Positions 11,409-25,982 are shown, counted from the stretch's first letter. The stretch: DNA of 64,000 nt from Nitrospirota bacterium (GCA_963741205.1 CAVUHW010000027.1:32001-96000); one strand, 5' to 3'. Program-made: numbers and translations. The notes: generated by a model not told the origin, from the letters alone.

Positions 11409-12697
11409 ATGCCCGACGATGATCTCGATTTCACGACGAGCGGCTTGGTGAATGCCGTATCCCGTCACCGATGTCCGGCGTCCGCTTCACCCGCGACGAT
11501 GAGCGCGTGCTCTATCACGCCCAGCTTAAGGACATGAAAGCATGGATCGGGAAGAATGCCGATCCTCCGTCCATGGAGGCGGCTGGGCCGAGAGAAAAGA
11601 TATTCTTCGATCCGTCGAAGCTCGCCTGCGGGATCGTGACCTGCGGCGGGCTCTGTCCCGGTCTGAACGACGTGATACGGTCGATCGTCCTCAGCCTGTA
11701 CCATCATTACGGAGTGAAGAAGGTCTACGGGTTCCGCTTCGGCTATGAGGGACTTGTGCAGAGGATCGGACACAAACCGCTCGAACTGACGCCCGACGCA
11801 GTCAACCGGATCCATGAGATCGGCGGAACGGTCCTGGGCTCCTCGCGCGGGCCTCAGGACCCTGCGGAGATGGCCAGGACACTTGCAGACCTGAAGGTCG
11901 GCATCCTCTTCGCCATCGGCGGAGACGGGACGCTCCGCGGGGCGCAGAAGATCGCCGAGGAAGCGGGGCGGCAGGGATTGGCACTCAGTGTCATCGGCAT
12001 CCCGAAGACCATCGACAACGATGTCTCCTATGTGCAAAAGACCTTCGGCTTCGAGACCGCGGTCAGCGAGGCAAGGCGCGCGACCTATGCGGCCAACATC
12101 GAGGCAGAGTCGGCGCGAAACGGCATCGGACTGGTGAAGCTCATGGGCCGCGACTCCGGGTTCATCGCTGCCTATTCGGTCCTGGCTGACAGCCAGGTGA
12201 ACTTCTGTCTTGTTCCCGAGGTCCCGTTCACCCTTGAGAGGTTTCTCGCTGAACTGAAGCAGCGGCTCGAACGGAGGGGCCACGCAGTCATCGTTGTTGC
12301 TGAAGGAGCCGGCCAGGACCTGATGGAGAAGACGGCAGAGCGCGATGCTTCGGGGAACATCAAGTATGGCGATATCGGGATCTTTCTCCGCGACAGCATC
12401 AAGGACCACTTCAAGCGGATCGGCATGGAGATAAGCCTCAAGTACATCGACCCGAGCTACATGATCAGGAGCGTGCCGGCGAACCCTCATGACTCGGCCT
12501 TCTGTCTGCTCCTGGGGCATAGCGCCGTGCATGCCGGGATGAGCGGCAGGACGAACATGGTCGTCAGCTTCTGGAACCACCAGTTCACCCATGTGCCCAT
12601 CTCTCTTGCTGTGTCGCAGCGCAAGAAGATCGACCCCGAGGGAGTGCTCTGGAGCAGCGTGCTCTCGTCGACCGGACAGCCGGCGGATATGCGGTGA
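11409..12697 (+). CDS. pfkA: ATP-dependent 6-phosphofructokinase (frameshift near 11435)
   Basis: GGLCPG, GGDGT (ATP-type Gly), PKTIDND, LMGRDSG and YIDPSYMIRS motifs. Confidence 0.9.
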
Positions 12698-12771
12698 GGA
12701 GTATGAGCAGAGTGTTGAAATGGTTTTCTCAACATCGGATGAAAAGTCATAACAAAGGGGAATGATGATCC

Positions 12772-14856
12772 ATGTCAAAGAGCCTGTACATCACAAGCCT
12801 TGAGCCCCGGGGCGGCAAGACAATCGTGGCGCTTGGTTTCATGGAACAGCTCTCCGGCCGGCTCAAGAGTGTGGCCGTGTTCAGGCCCGTCATCGCAGAA
12901 GGCGGAGGTCCGGACCAGTTCATCACGCTCATGACGAAACAATACGATCTGACCTTCCCCTCTGAAGACCAGTACGGGGTCACGATGGAGACGGCTTTGT
13001 CGCTCCTTGCCGCGGGCAAGTACGATGAGCTGTACACCCGCATCCTGGAACGATACAAGGCCCTTGAGAGCAGGTGCGACGCTGTCCTCTGCGTGGGTAC
13101 CGATTACACGGGAGTGTCGGCGGCACTGGAATTCGACTTTAACGTTGAAGTTGCGCGTAACCTCGGTTCAACCCTCGTGCCCATCATCAACGGCCGGGGC
13201 AAGGACCCTGGCGTTCTCGGTCGCGCCGCGCGGACGCTGCTTGAATCGCTGGAAACCAGGAAATGCGACGTTCTCGCTGTCATCATCAATCGGGTCGAGC
13301 CTGGCAGTCGCGAGGGTATTATTGCCGCACTGAAACAGGGACGTCCGGGCAGCACACCGGTGTATGTGCTTTCCGAAGACCCCCTCCTGGATCGACCGAC
13401 GGTTCGCGATATCAGCCGCGGCCTCAGGGCGGAACTGATCAGTGGAGATGACGCGTGGTTGGACGGAGAAGTCAGGAACGTCAAGATCGCCGCGATGGAG
13501 CTGCCGAACTTCCTCGATCATCTTGAAGAGGGAAGCCTCGTGATCACACCCGGCGACCGGTCCGACATCATCCTCGGCACGCTCGCTGCCGACCGCTCGA
13601 GCAGCTATCCCCGCGTCGCCGGGATGGTATTGACGGGAAACCTTAAACCTGCTCCACAGATACAGAGGATGATCGAGGGACTGAGTTCCTCACCAATGCC
13701 GGTGCTGAGCGTGGCGACGGACACCTTCACAACGGCCATGAACGTGAACAAGGTCCGGCCGACCCTGATGGTCGAGAATAAACGGAAGATCGCTGCGGCC
13801 CTCGGCATCATCGAAGCGAGTGCGGATCTGCCGGGGCTGCTGGAACGCGCAGCGGTAACGCCCTCAGGCCGAATCACGCCGCTCATGTTTCAGTACGAGC
13901 TCATCAGGAGGGCGAAGCAGCAGCGCAGGCACATCGTGCTGCCCGAAGGCTCGGAAGAACGGATCCTCAGGGCGGCGGAAATCATCCTCCTCCGTGATGT
14001 CTGCGACATCACCTTGCTGGGCGATCCCGAAGAGGTGCGGCAAAAGGCGTCCGGACTCGGGCTTTCCCTTGACCGCGCAAAGATCATTGATCCCCGGACC
14101 TCGGAGCTGCTGCCGGCATTTGCGGACGCATATTATGAGCTGCGCAAACATAAAGGAATTTCACGGGAGATGGCGCGCGACACGATGGCTGACGGCAGTT
14201 ACTTCGGCACCATGATGGTGCACCGGGGACTTGCCGACGGCATGGTCTCCGGGTCCATCCACACCACCGCCCACACGATCAGGCCGGCCCTGGAATTCGT
14301 AAAGACGAAACCGGGCATATCGATCGTCTCGAGCGTCTTCTTCATGTGTCTCAGCGACCGGGTGATGGTCTACGGAGACTGCGCTATCGTTCCCGAACCC
14401 ACCGCGGAGCAGCTTGCCGATATCGCGATCAGTTCCGCCGCGACGGCAGGAGCGTTCGGTATCGAGCCCCGGGTCGCCATGCTCTCCTATTCCACCGGGA
14501 AATCGGGGACCGGACCGGACGTCGACCGGGTGAGGGAAGCGACACGAATCGTCCGCGACCGCACTCCGGACCTGAAGGTCGAAGGACCGATCCAGTACGA
14601 CGCCGCTGTCGATGCCACGGTGGCAAAGCTGAAGATGCCGGACAGCGAGGTGGCTGGACACGCCACGGTCTTCATTTTCCCGGACTTGAGCGCCGGCAAC
14701 AACGCCTACAAGGCAGTGCAGCGCGCTGCGAACGCGGTCGCCATCGGCCCGGTGCTCCAGGGGCTCAAGAAACCCGTAAATGACCTGAGCCGGGGAGCAC
14801 TCGTGGCTGACATCGTCAACACGATCGCGATAACGGCGATCCAGGCACAGATGTAA
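12772..14856 (+). CDS. pta: Phosphate acetyltransferase (long form with BioD-like/DRTGG N-terminus)
   Basis: N-terminal GKT, TPGDRSD, LPEGSEER, GPIQYDAA and GLKKPVNDLSRG motifs. Confidence 0.95.
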   Translation: MSKSLYITSLEPRGGKTIVALGFMEQLSGRLKSVAVFRPVIAEGGGPDQFITLMTKQYDLTFPSEDQYGVTMETALSLLAAGKYDELYTRILERYKALESRCDAVLCVGTDYTGVSAALEFDFNVEVARNLGSTLVPIINGRGKDPGVLGRAARTLLESLETRKCDVLAVIINRVEPGSREGIIAALKQGRPGSTPVYVLSEDPLLDRPTVRDISRGLRAELISGDDAWLDGEVRNVKIAAMELPNFLDHLEEGSLVITPGDRSDIILGTLAADRSSSYPRVAGMVLTGNLKPAPQIQRMIEGLSSSPMPVLSVATDTFTTAMNVNKVRPTLMVENKRKIAAALGIIEASADLPGLLERAAVTPSGRITPLMFQYELIRRAKQQRRHIVLPEGSEERILRAAEIILLRDVCDITLLGDPEEVRQKASGLGLSLDRAKIIDPRTSELLPAFADAYYELRKHKGISREMARDTMADGSYFGTMMVHRGLADGMVSGSIHTTAHTIRPALEFVKTKPGISIVSSVFFMCLSDRVMVYGDCAIVPEPTAEQLADIAISSAATAGAFGIEPRVAMLSYSTGKSGTGPDVDRVREATRIVRDRTPDLKVEGPIQYDAAVDATVAKLKMPDSEVAGHATVFIFPDLSAGNNAYKAVQRAANAVAIGPVLQGLKKPVNDLSRGALVADIVNTIAITAIQAQM

Positions 14857-14882
14857 GGCAAATGCAAGTGCAAGGCGAATTT

Positions 14883-15005
14883 ACCACGGAGGCACACCCT
14901 GCACTCGCGGTTCCACTCGTAAGCGCTGGGTGCAGGCAGAGGGCACGGAGGAGAGGCAACTTTCTAATGAGTCCGTTTTTCTCTGTGTCTCCGTGTCTCC
15001 GTGGT
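14883..15005. repeat. 9-mer inverted repeat (ACCACGGAG...CTCCGTGGT) carrying an inserted 42-nt hairpin module
   Basis: Insert ACCCTGCACTCGCG...TGCAGGC at 14896-14937 interrupts the left arm. Confidence 0.75.
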
Positions 15006-15061
15006 AGAAGTGGTCTTTCGATCCTTGCTCTCTTGTTCAATACGAAAGGTCGAACCATCTC

Positions 15062-16285
15062 ATGAAAGTAGCTGTAATCAACAGCGGCAGCTCTTCCATC
15101 AAGTATGAAGTCTTCGATGCAGGAGACTTCTCAATGCTCGCGGCCGGCCTGATCGAAAAGATTGGAGGCGCGGACGGCCGACTGCGACAGCGGCGGCTGA
15201 AGGCTGACGGCACGTTTGATGAACAGATCCACAATGCGCCCCTGGCAAGCCACCGGGAGGCATTCGCCCTCATGGCGAGCGTGAATCAACTCAACCGGAT
15301 CATCAAGGACGATACAGAACTCCTCGGCATCGGTCATCGCGTTGTGCATGGAGGCGAGACATTCCGCGAGCCGGCGCTGATCAATGACGAGGTCATTGCC
15401 GCAATCCGCAAGCTCATTCCCCTTGCGCCGCTGCACAACCCCTCCAATCTCCTCGGCATCGAAGCGGCTCAAGAACGGTTTCCCGGCGTCCCGCAGGCGG
15501 CGGTCTTCGACACGGCGTTCCACCACACGCTGCCGCCCGCCGCTTATTGTTATGCCCTGCCGCGCGAGCTCTATGAGAATCACCACGTCCGCAAGTACGG
15601 CTTTCACGGGTCATCGCACGGGTACGTTGCAAAAGAAGCGGCAAAGTATCTTGGCAAGCCGCTCTCCGAGGTGAATCTCATCATTCTGCATCTCGGCAAC
15701 GGAGCAAGCGCTGCAGCCGTTCAGGGAGGCAGGAGCATTGACACCTCCATGGGCATGACCCCCCTGGAGGGTCTTGTCATGGGCACACGATGCGGAGATA
15801 TCGACCCGTCGATTCCCTTCTACCTCATGCGCCAAACGGGGATGAAACCGGAGAACGTGGAAAATCTGCTGAACCGGGAGAGCGGGCTCAAGGGGGTCTG
15901 TGGCGTGAGCGACATGCGGGAGATCCTTGGCCAGGCTTCGAAAGGAAATGAACGGGCCGAACTGGCAATCGAAATGTTCTGTTACCGTATCAAGAAGTAT
16001 ATCGGCGCCTATTACGCCGTCCTCGGAAGGCTGGACGCTGTCGTGTTCACCGGCGGCATCGGAGAGAACGCTTCAGCCATCAGACAGCGGGCATGCGAAG
16101 GACTGAGGCACATCGGGATCGCTGTCGATCACGTGAAGAACAGCGCGGTTGCAGGAAACATATCTGAAATACAGAACGATGGCCAGCCGGTGAGAATTCT
16201 CGTTGTCAGGACAAACGAGGAGCGCGAGATTGCGCAACAGACCGTAAGCGCGATCGAAAAGGCGAAAGGGAAGGGTCGATCGTAG
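15062..16285 (+). CDS. ackA: Acetate kinase
   Basis: NSGSSS, GHRVVHGG, APLHNP, FDTAFH, YGFHG, HLGNGAS and FTGGIGEN motifs. Confidence 0.96.
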   Translation: MKVAVINSGSSSIKYEVFDAGDFSMLAAGLIEKIGGADGRLRQRRLKADGTFDEQIHNAPLASHREAFALMASVNQLNRIIKDDTELLGIGHRVVHGGETFREPALINDEVIAAIRKLIPLAPLHNPSNLLGIEAAQERFPGVPQAAVFDTAFHHTLPPAAYCYALPRELYENHHVRKYGFHGSSHGYVAKEAAKYLGKPLSEVNLIILHLGNGASAAAVQGGRSIDTSMGMTPLEGLVMGTRCGDIDPSIPFYLMRQTGMKPENVENLLNRESGLKGVCGVSDMREILGQASKGNERAELAIEMFCYRIKKYIGAYYAVLGRLDAVVFTGGIGENASAIRQRACEGLRHIGIAVDHVKNSAVAGNISEIQNDGQPVRILVVRTNEEREIAQQTVSAIEKAKGKGRS

Positions 16286-16316
16286 CTGAGCAAATGCGAT
16301 GATGCATACCACAAGA

Positions 16317-16403
16317 CGTCATCCCCGAAGGCTCTTATCGGGGATCCAGGATTGAAAGAGGACGAAACTGGATTCCCGCTCAGAAGCGCCGCGTGGAATG
16401 ACG
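16317..16403. repeat. REP-like inverted repeat pair
   Basis: CGTCATCCCCGA...TCGGGGATCCAG / CTGGATTCCCGC...GGAATGACG. Confidence 0.8.
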
Positions 16404-16426
16404 GATATGAGGCAGGTTTACTGATC

Positions 16427-17009
16427 ATGGAGAAAAATCAACATCGCGAACTACCTTGTTACAGAACGTCTCCGGGACGGGCGAACGGTGACGATCCGCG
16501 CCATACGACCCGATGACAAAGGCCGCATGGCCGACGTTCTCCGCGAATTGAGTCCCGAGTCCCTGTACCGGAGGACGTTTTCCGCAAAGAGGGACCTGAG
16601 CAGTGAGGAATTGAAACGTTTGACAGAGGTCGACTTCGTAAACGTCGTCGCCCTCGTCGCGGTCATGAACGAAAAGGACGGGGACAAGGTAGTGGGAGGC
16701 GGGCGGTACATCCGGACCGGGGAATCCGGTGCGGCAGCAAAAGCGGAGGTCGCATTCCTCATTGATGACGCGCACCAGGGACTCGGGATCGGATCGCGCA
16801 TCTTCAAGCACCTGGTCACGATCGCCCGCGCCTCAGGGATCACGCATTTTGAAGCAGAGGTGCTCCCTTCGAACGACGGGATGATGAGGTTGTTCACACG
16901 CAGCGGTCTCCCGGTGGTCAAGACCATGACGAGGGATTCCGTCCATGTAACGATCGATTTGAACTCTCCGGAAACTTCTCATGATAGCGAACAGGCAAAG
17001 ACCAAATGA
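16427..17009 (+). CDS. Stand-alone GNAT acetyltransferase (Pat/YfiQ GNAT-domain-like; 5' frameshift)
   Basis: LRDGRTVTIRAIRPDD, LSPESLYRR, AEVAFLIDDAHQGLGIG and AEVLPSN motifs. Confidence 0.8.
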
Positions 17010-17024
17010 TTCAGGAGGAAAGAC

Positions 17025-18452
17025 ATGAAACTTCCGAACAATAAAACCAAGATCGTCTGCACCATCGGTCCTGCTTCGGAATCACCGGCGATGATGAAGC
17101 AGATGATCGAGGCGGGCATGAACGTGGCCCGGCTGAACTTCTCCCACGGCGACTTCGCGGCACACAAGAAGGTGATCGAGAACCTCCGGGCCGCAGCAGC
17201 AACCACCGGCCGCCGCATTGCGATCATGGCCGACCTCTCGGGCCCGAAGATGCGGATCGGGAAGATCGACCCGGAGCCTGTAGAGCTGAGAGTCGGCGAC
17301 CCCTTCGCGCTGACCACGGAAGACATCATCGGCGATGCGACCCGCGTGTCCGTGTCCTTTGACCGCCTTCCTCAGGCAGTCAAGAAGGGGAATACGCTTT
17401 TCCTGAATGACGGCTATATCCAGCTTGAAGTAACGGGAGTAAAGGGCAGGGACGTTCTCTGCACGGTGAAAGTCGGCGGAGAGCTTCGCTCGCGCAAAGG
17501 ACTCAACCTGCCGGGCATCGACCTTGGGATGAGTGCATTCACCGAGCGTGACCATGAATGCCTCAAGTTCGTGCTGGAGAACGGCGTTGATGCCGTAAGC
17601 CAGTCATTCGTTGAAAGCGCGGCTGACATCGAGGCGGTTCGCAAGGCCGCGGCAGACCTGGGATATCATCCCTTCATCATTGCCAAGATCGAGCGTTCGG
17701 GGGCGCTTATGAACATTGATACAATCCTCGATGCGGCCGACGGGATCATGATAGCCCGCGGCGACCTCGGTGTCGAGGTCCCGATCGAGGAGATCGCGGT
17801 GGTGCAGAAGCGGCTGATGCGCCTTGCGAACAGGCGTGCAAAGCCGGTCATCACGGCAACCCAGATGCTCGAGTCCATGACGGACAACCGGAGACCCACG
17901 AGGGCAGAGGCCACGGACGTTTCAAATGCGATTATTGACGGGACCGACTGCGTCATGCTCTCAGGGGAATCTGCCATGGGGAAATATCCCGTGGATGCGG
18001 TGGCAATGCTTGCGAAAATTGCCGCTGCGGTAGAGCCGCATCGGCCCGCCATCGAGGTGCAGGATCTGTATAAGGGTGTTGATCTCGCGGGAAGGATCCG
18101 GACAGAGCATCTCATCGCCATCGGCGTGGAGGAGTGCCTGGATTACGTAACACCGGCAGCCGTGTTCGTTCCGACCCACGGCGGCGGCACGGCGCGGAGC
18201 ATCGCACGGTTCCGTTTCCCTGCCTGGACGATTGCGGTGAGCTCGCAGGAGGCGACTTGTCAGAACCTCCAGTTCTCATCGGGTGTATACCCGGTGCACG
18301 AGTTGGAACACCCGGAACGTTGGACAGACTACATAAGGCAATGGGTGCGCGATCACGAGCTCGCAGGAAAGCTCGCCATTCTTACTGAAGGGCCTTCCTC
18401 AAAGCACCCGGAGACGAACCATCGGATGGAGATCATCGAGCTTGACCGTTGA
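17025..18452 (+). CDS. pyk: Pyruvate kinase
   Basis: TKIVCTIGPA, RLNFSHG, IAKIE, IARGDLG, ATQMLESM and MLSGESA motifs. Confidence 0.96.
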   Translation: MKLPNNKTKIVCTIGPASESPAMMKQMIEAGMNVARLNFSHGDFAAHKKVIENLRAAAATTGRRIAIMADLSGPKMRIGKIDPEPVELRVGDPFALTTEDIIGDATRVSVSFDRLPQAVKKGNTLFLNDGYIQLEVTGVKGRDVLCTVKVGGELRSRKGLNLPGIDLGMSAFTERDHECLKFVLENGVDAVSQSFVESAADIEAVRKAAADLGYHPFIIAKIERSGALMNIDTILDAADGIMIARGDLGVEVPIEEIAVVQKRLMRLANRRAKPVITATQMLESMTDNRRPTRAEATDVSNAIIDGTDCVMLSGESAMGKYPVDAVAMLAKIAAAVEPHRPAIEVQDLYKGVDLAGRIRTEHLIAIGVEECLDYVTPAAVFVPTHGGGTARSIARFRFPAWTIAVSSQEATCQNLQFSSGVYPVHELEHPERWTDYIRQWVRDHELAGKLAILTEGPSSKHPETNHRMEIIELDR

Positions 18453-18509
18453 GAAGGAGCAGAAAAATAATGAGAATGACCGCTGACCGGCTGAGAGAGG
18501 AGAGTTGAC

Positions 18510-19256
18510 ATGAAAAAACTGGTATTGCTCCGCCACGGCGAGAGCACTTGGAACAAGGAGAACCGGTTCACGGGCTGGACCGATGTGCCGCTTTCGGAAA
18601 AAGGTATAGAGGAGGCCCGGGAGGCGGGACGTCTTATCCGCGAAGCAGGGTTCACCTTCGACATTGCGTATACGTCGGTCCTGAAACGTGCGATCAAGAC
18701 GCTCTGGCTCGCGCTTGAGGAAATGGACCTGATGTGGATCCCTGTCCATAACCACTGGCGTCTGAATGAACGACATTACGGCGCCCTTCAGGGGCTGAAC
18801 AAGGCGGAGACCGCGGAAAAGCACGGAATGGACCAGGTCAAGATATGGAGGAGGAGCTATGATATTCCGCCGCCGGTGCTCACAAAGGACGATGACCGCT
18901 ATCCCGGCAAGGACCCTCGCTATAAGAACCTGAGGCCTGAAGAGATTCCCCTGACGGAATCGCTCAAGGACACGGTTGCGCGCTTTCTCCCCTACTGGCA
19001 TGAGACGATCGCGCCGGTTGTGCGGGGTGAGAAGCGGGTAATCATCGCCGCGCATGGCAACAGCCTGCGCGCCCTGGTCAAATTTCTGGACAACATTCCG
19101 GATTCGGAGATCGTCGGTCTGAACATCCCGACAGGGATCCCTCTGGTATATGAAATGGAGGACGATCTGAAGCCGATCCGCAGCTATTACCTCGGCGACC
19201 CCGAGGCGGCAAAAAAAGCGGCGCAGGCTGTCGCAGATCAGATGAAGAAAAAGTAG
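18510..19256 (+). CDS. gpmA: 2,3-BPG-dependent phosphoglycerate mutase
   Basis: [18 protein letters not shown] and AHGNSLR motifs. Confidence 0.97.
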   Translation: MKKLVLLRHGESTWNKENRFTGWTDVPLSEKGIEEAREAGRLIREAGFTFDIAYTSVLKRAIKTLWLALEEMDLMWIPVHNHWRLNERHYGALQGLNKAETAEKHGMDQVKIWRRSYDIPPPVLTKDDDRYPGKDPRYKNLRPEEIPLTESLKDTVARFLPYWHETIAPVVRGEKRVIIAAHGNSLRALVKFLDNIPDSEIVGLNIPTGIPLVYEMEDDLKPIRSYYLGDPEAAKKAAQAVADQMKKK

Positions 19257-19299
19257 AGGTTTATAGATATAACTAGCTGAAATATAAAATAAAACATGA

Positions 19300-20652
<1,353 letters not shown>

Positions 20653-20703
20653 CTTGTAACTGGGTATATGGCTTAGAGCATTATGTCGCTTGATTTTTTA
20701 TAG

Positions 20704-21723
<1,020 letters not shown>

Positions 21724-21741
21724 ACTCCTAAGGAGTATGCT

Positions 21742-22176
21742 ATGAAGATCCTGACGACACCCAGAATGGAGCGCTGCATCGGATGCCACTCCTGCTCCCT
21801 TGCCTGTGCACGCCTGGTGCACAAGCGGCTTTCCTGGGATACGGCCGGAATCCGTATCCGGTCATCGGGCGGATTGTCCACCGGCTACGAGGCTCGGACC
21901 TGCCTGGCCTGCGACCCGGCGCCCTGCGCTGAGGCCTGTCCGACGGGAGCGTACTCGCAGAGGAAGGGCGGGGGAGTGCTCGTGCGCAAGAACCTCTGCA
22001 TTCGCTGCGGGGAGTGCGCCAAGGCCTGCCCCGTGGATGCCATCTTTCTCGACGCTACCCGGGAACCTTTTGTCTGCATCCACTGCGGCCGGTGCGTTCC
22101 CTTCTGCCCGCATGACTGCCTGGAGATGAAAGAAGTCGCAACAGCAGAGCCTGCGCGGCAGGGAGGTGCGTCATGA
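21742..22176 (+). CDS. 4Fe-4S polyferredoxin small subunit
   Basis: Four Cys groups (CIGCHSC, CLAC...C...CP, CIRCGEC...CP, CIHCGRC...CP); 4-nt overlap (ATGA) with the next gene. Confidence 0.9.
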   Translation: MKILTTPRMERCIGCHSCSLACARLVHKRLSWDTAGIRIRSSGGLSTGYEARTCLACDPAPCAEACPTGAYSQRKGGGVLVRKNLCIRCGECAKACPVDAIFLDATREPFVCIHCGRCVPFCPHDCLEMKEVATAEPARQGGAS

Positions 22177-23950
22177 TCAGGGATACTTTCAGGGTACTCG
22201 TGGTTGACCTCGGAACCGGCCGCGGCAATGTCGTAGTGCTCGACGGAAGAAACACCGTGGCAGGCGGCAGCGGACTTGCGGCGCTCCTGTTCACCAAATA
22301 TGGACATGCAGACAAGCCGTGGAACGATCCTGTTCAGCCGCTCATCTTCGCCATTGGCCCGTTGACGGGCTACTTCCCGCTCATGAGCAAGACGGTCTGT
22401 GCCTTCAAGTCGCCTTACCACGACCAGTACGCGGAAAGCCACGCTGGCGGCCGTTCGGCGCTCGCACTTCGCTTTGCGGACCTGGACGCGCTGGTCGTCA
22501 CGGGCAGGGCCGCGAGACCTTCCGTCATCTCGATCGGCTCGCGTCATCTGGAGGTGAAGGATGTCCACTACCTCTGGGGACGGGGCGTCTTTGCCACCGG
22601 CAGAATGATGCGCGGCATGTTCAAGGGGGCGGGACACAGGAGCATCCTGCGCATCGGACCAGCGGGCGAGAACGGCTCCGCCATGGCCGGCATCAATGCC
22701 GATACCTACCGCCATTTCGGCAGGCTGGGAGGCGGCGCAGTGATGGGAAGCAAGAACCTCAAGGGCATCGTGATCAATGGCGACGGGGCGTTCCCGCTTT
22801 CGGATTCCAAGGAATATCCAAAACTGTTTCAGGATGTCTATGAGAAACTCACCGACACGGACATGATGAGAAAGTACCATGACATCGGCACGCCCATCAA
22901 CGTGGCGGTGTTGAATGAGGTGAAGATGCTGCCCATTCGCAACCTTCAGCGGACTACCGATCCCGCCATGAGCGGCATCACGGGAGAAAAGTTTGCCGAG
23001 CTTGCGCTTCTCCGGAACTCGGCCTGCGCAGGCTGCCCGGTGGGTTGCATCCACATTGGATTCGTGCGTGAGCAATACCGGAAGGAGGAACATCGTTATA
23101 TTTATCGGCAGGTCTCCTATGACCATGAGCCGATCTTCGCCGTGGGGTCCATGCTTTCGGTCGAGAACTGTTTTTCAATACTCGCCATTATTGACGTCGC
23201 TGAAAAGGTGGGGCTTGATGTGATGTCGGCGGGCGTGGCCCTTGCCTGGGCCACCGAGGCCCTTGAAAAGGGGATCATTTCGGAAAAGGAGACGATCACC
23301 AGGCTCTCCTTCGGCGACAGCGAAGGGTACAAGCAGGCGATGCAGCACCTGGGCGAAGGGAAAAACGACTTCTACCGCCTGCTTGGTCAGGGTACGCTCA
23401 AGGCCGCGGAACACTACGGCGGAAAGGACTTTGCCTGCGTGCTCGGCCAGGAGATGGGGGGATACGCAACAGGTGAGGTCTTCTTCGCCTCCCAGGCGCT
23501 TGGCTTCCGGCACTCTCACCTGGACACCGGCGGCTACTCCTACGACCAGAAGGAGAAGAGCAAGGACCCGGCAAAAGCCGTGGACTTCCTGGTGAAGGAT
23601 GAACAGGGGAGGGTCCTGCTCACCTCGATGGTCGCCTGTCTCTTTGCCCGCGGCGTCTATCCGATGCCTTGCTGGCGGAATGTCTCAAGTCTGTGGGTTA
23701 CGGCGCGCTCGCCGACAGTCTCGATGGGGTATCCAAGAACATCCAGCAGCTCCGCTGGAGGACGCGCGTCGCCACGGGTTACCGGCCTGAGGACGTGACG
23801 ATCCCGAAGCGCTTCCTCGAGATCACCACCGGCAAGGGGCCCATGGACGGCGTCTACTTGGCCGCCCTCAAGGAACAGTACGCGAAGGCCATCAGAGGCC
23901 TTGCGGCCCCGGCTACGGAGGTCCCGCCCGCGGGGAAGCAGGAGGGTTGA
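22173..23950 (+). CDS. W/Mo-pterin aldehyde:ferredoxin oxidoreductase family large subunit (possible GAP:ferredoxin oxidoreductase; frameshift near 23665)
   Basis: AESHAGG, IGPAGEN, GRLGGGAVMGSKNLK, CAGCPVGC and EKVGLD motifs. Confidence 0.85.
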
Positions 23951-24051
23951 TCCTGTTTCATGAGGTTTTACAAATTGTACGACGAATAAAATAGTAAATT
24001 TGCCGATAGGCATCAGCTAATACAAACGCATTCAGAATCGTTCCTGCTTTG

Positions 24052-24100
24052 CCCCTCTCTTCTTTCCGCTCCCAGAGGGGAGAGGGTTGGGTGAGGGGGG
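24052..24100. repeat. CCCTCTC...GAGAGGG-GGTGAGGG intergenic hairpin element
   Basis: Purine/pyrimidine palindromic element between the AOR and flavocytochrome genes. Confidence 0.5.
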
Positions 24101-24170
24101 ACTTGCCGGATGTAACATTATTTATTTCGTTCGCATTAATAAAAAAATCAAGGGGAAGAAGGAGGGGAAA

Positions 24171-25982
24171 ATGACTAAGTTAAGAAGCATTATTCTGTCA
24201 GTTCTTGTTTTGTCTCTGTTCTCATGGTCCTGCGCAACAACTCCGAAGGAGAAAGCGCCGGAAAAACCTGCACAGGCGGCTATGCCGGCTCCTGCAAAGG
24301 ACGCCTTTCTCGCAGGCGTGCATATCAAAAAGCAGGTCAGTTGCGACGGCTGCCACGGCACGGCCGGAAACGTTGTGGATGACAATGAACAACCGGTGAA
24401 CAGCAATTGTGTCAAGTGCCACGGCGATCTGGCAGAAGTGGCCAAGAAAGCCACCGGCCACATCAATCCTCACAAATCCCACCTCGGCGAAATAAATTGC
24501 ACTGCCTGCCATCACGGCCACGAGGCTTCCAAGCCCTATTGCCTGAACTGCCATGACTTCGTAATGAAAATCTCCTCAAGCGAAGGGCCGGCGCAGCCCG
24601 CAGCGCCAAAGCCAGCGGAAAGCAAGATCGTTGATCAGACCGACGTCGTGGTCATCGGCGCGGGGGCAGCAGGGATGACCGCTGCTATTACGGCCCATGA
24701 CGCCGGGGCAAAGGTCATTGTGCTAGAAAAGATGCCGATCACCGGCGGGAACAGCATGCTGTCAGCGGGCGGGATGAACGCCGCTGAAACAAAGTTCCAG
24801 AAGGAAAAAAACATCCAGGATTCCGTGGATCTCATGATCAAGGATACAATGACCGGCGGCGGCAACATCGCAGATCCGGATCTGGTAAAGATATTGGCAA
24901 AGAATTCCGCCGGCTCCATTGACTGGCTCACTTCGATCGGAGCGGACATGAGCGATGTAGGACGAATGGGAGGGGCAAGCGTCAACAGAACACATCGTCC
25001 GCAGGGAGGTTCCGCAGTCGGAGCGCACATGGCAGTCGTTTTGAAAAAAAATGCTGTGGACCGCAAGATCGACATTAGGGTCAATAGCAAGGTGGTCAAG
25101 ATCCTGGAGGACAAGCAGGGCCGCGTCACGGGAGTTCAGGTCGAGGGAAAGCACCGGGGGCTGTACACGATCAACGCCAAGGCGGTGGTGCTTGCGGCAG
25201 GAGGATTCTCCGCAAATCCCGAACGGGTAGCCAAATACCATCCGGAGTTCAAGGGCATGACCACGACGAACCAGCCAGGTGCGATCGGCGACGGGATGGA
25301 CCTCGGTGAAGCAGCAGGCGGAGAGCTTAGGGACATGAAGGAGATCCAGATTCATCCTACCGTGGCAGCTGGCGGCATCCTCATCACCGAGGCAGTAAGG
25401 GGCAACGGCGCTATCGTAGTTAATCACGAAGGCAAGCGGTTCATGAACGAGCTGACAACAAGGGACAAGGCGTCGGCCGCCATCCTTGACAGACCGGGAA
25501 ATCGGCATTCATGATCTTTGATGAAGGCGTTCGTCAGAGCTTGAAGCAGATCGACGGCTATTTCCATCTTGAACTGGTAAAGGAAGGCGAGACCCCGGAG
25601 GCACTTGCGGCGCAGATCAAAGTGCCGGCGGAAGCCCTCAAAGCAACGATTGATGACCTATAACCAGGCCGTAGATAAGAAGGACGATGCCGAGTTCAAA
25701 CGTCCCGACATGCCCCGGGCTCTGCGTACGCCCAAATATTACGCCATCGAGATCAAGCCCGGAGTGCATTACACAATGGGCGGCCTGAAGATCAACACCG
25801 AAACACAGGTGATGGCCAAGGACGGCAAACCGATCGCGGGGTTCTATGCTGCAGGTGAGGTTACCGGAGGCGTTCATGGCACGAACCGACTCGGCGGCAA
25901 TTCCATATCGGAGACCATAACCTTCGGCAGGATCGCGGGCGCCAACGCCGCGAAACTGGCGAAGTCTGCACCGGCTCCGTAA
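24171..25982 (+). CDS. Lipoprotein tetraheme flavocytochrome c (FccA/IfcA-like fumarate reductase; frameshifts near 25490 and 25650)
   Basis: Lipobox-like SWSC; CDGCH, CVKCH, CTACH, CLNCH; GAGAAG FAD motif; QIHPT, EAVRG, TRD, HYTMGG and NRLGGNS active-site motifs. Confidence 0.88.
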
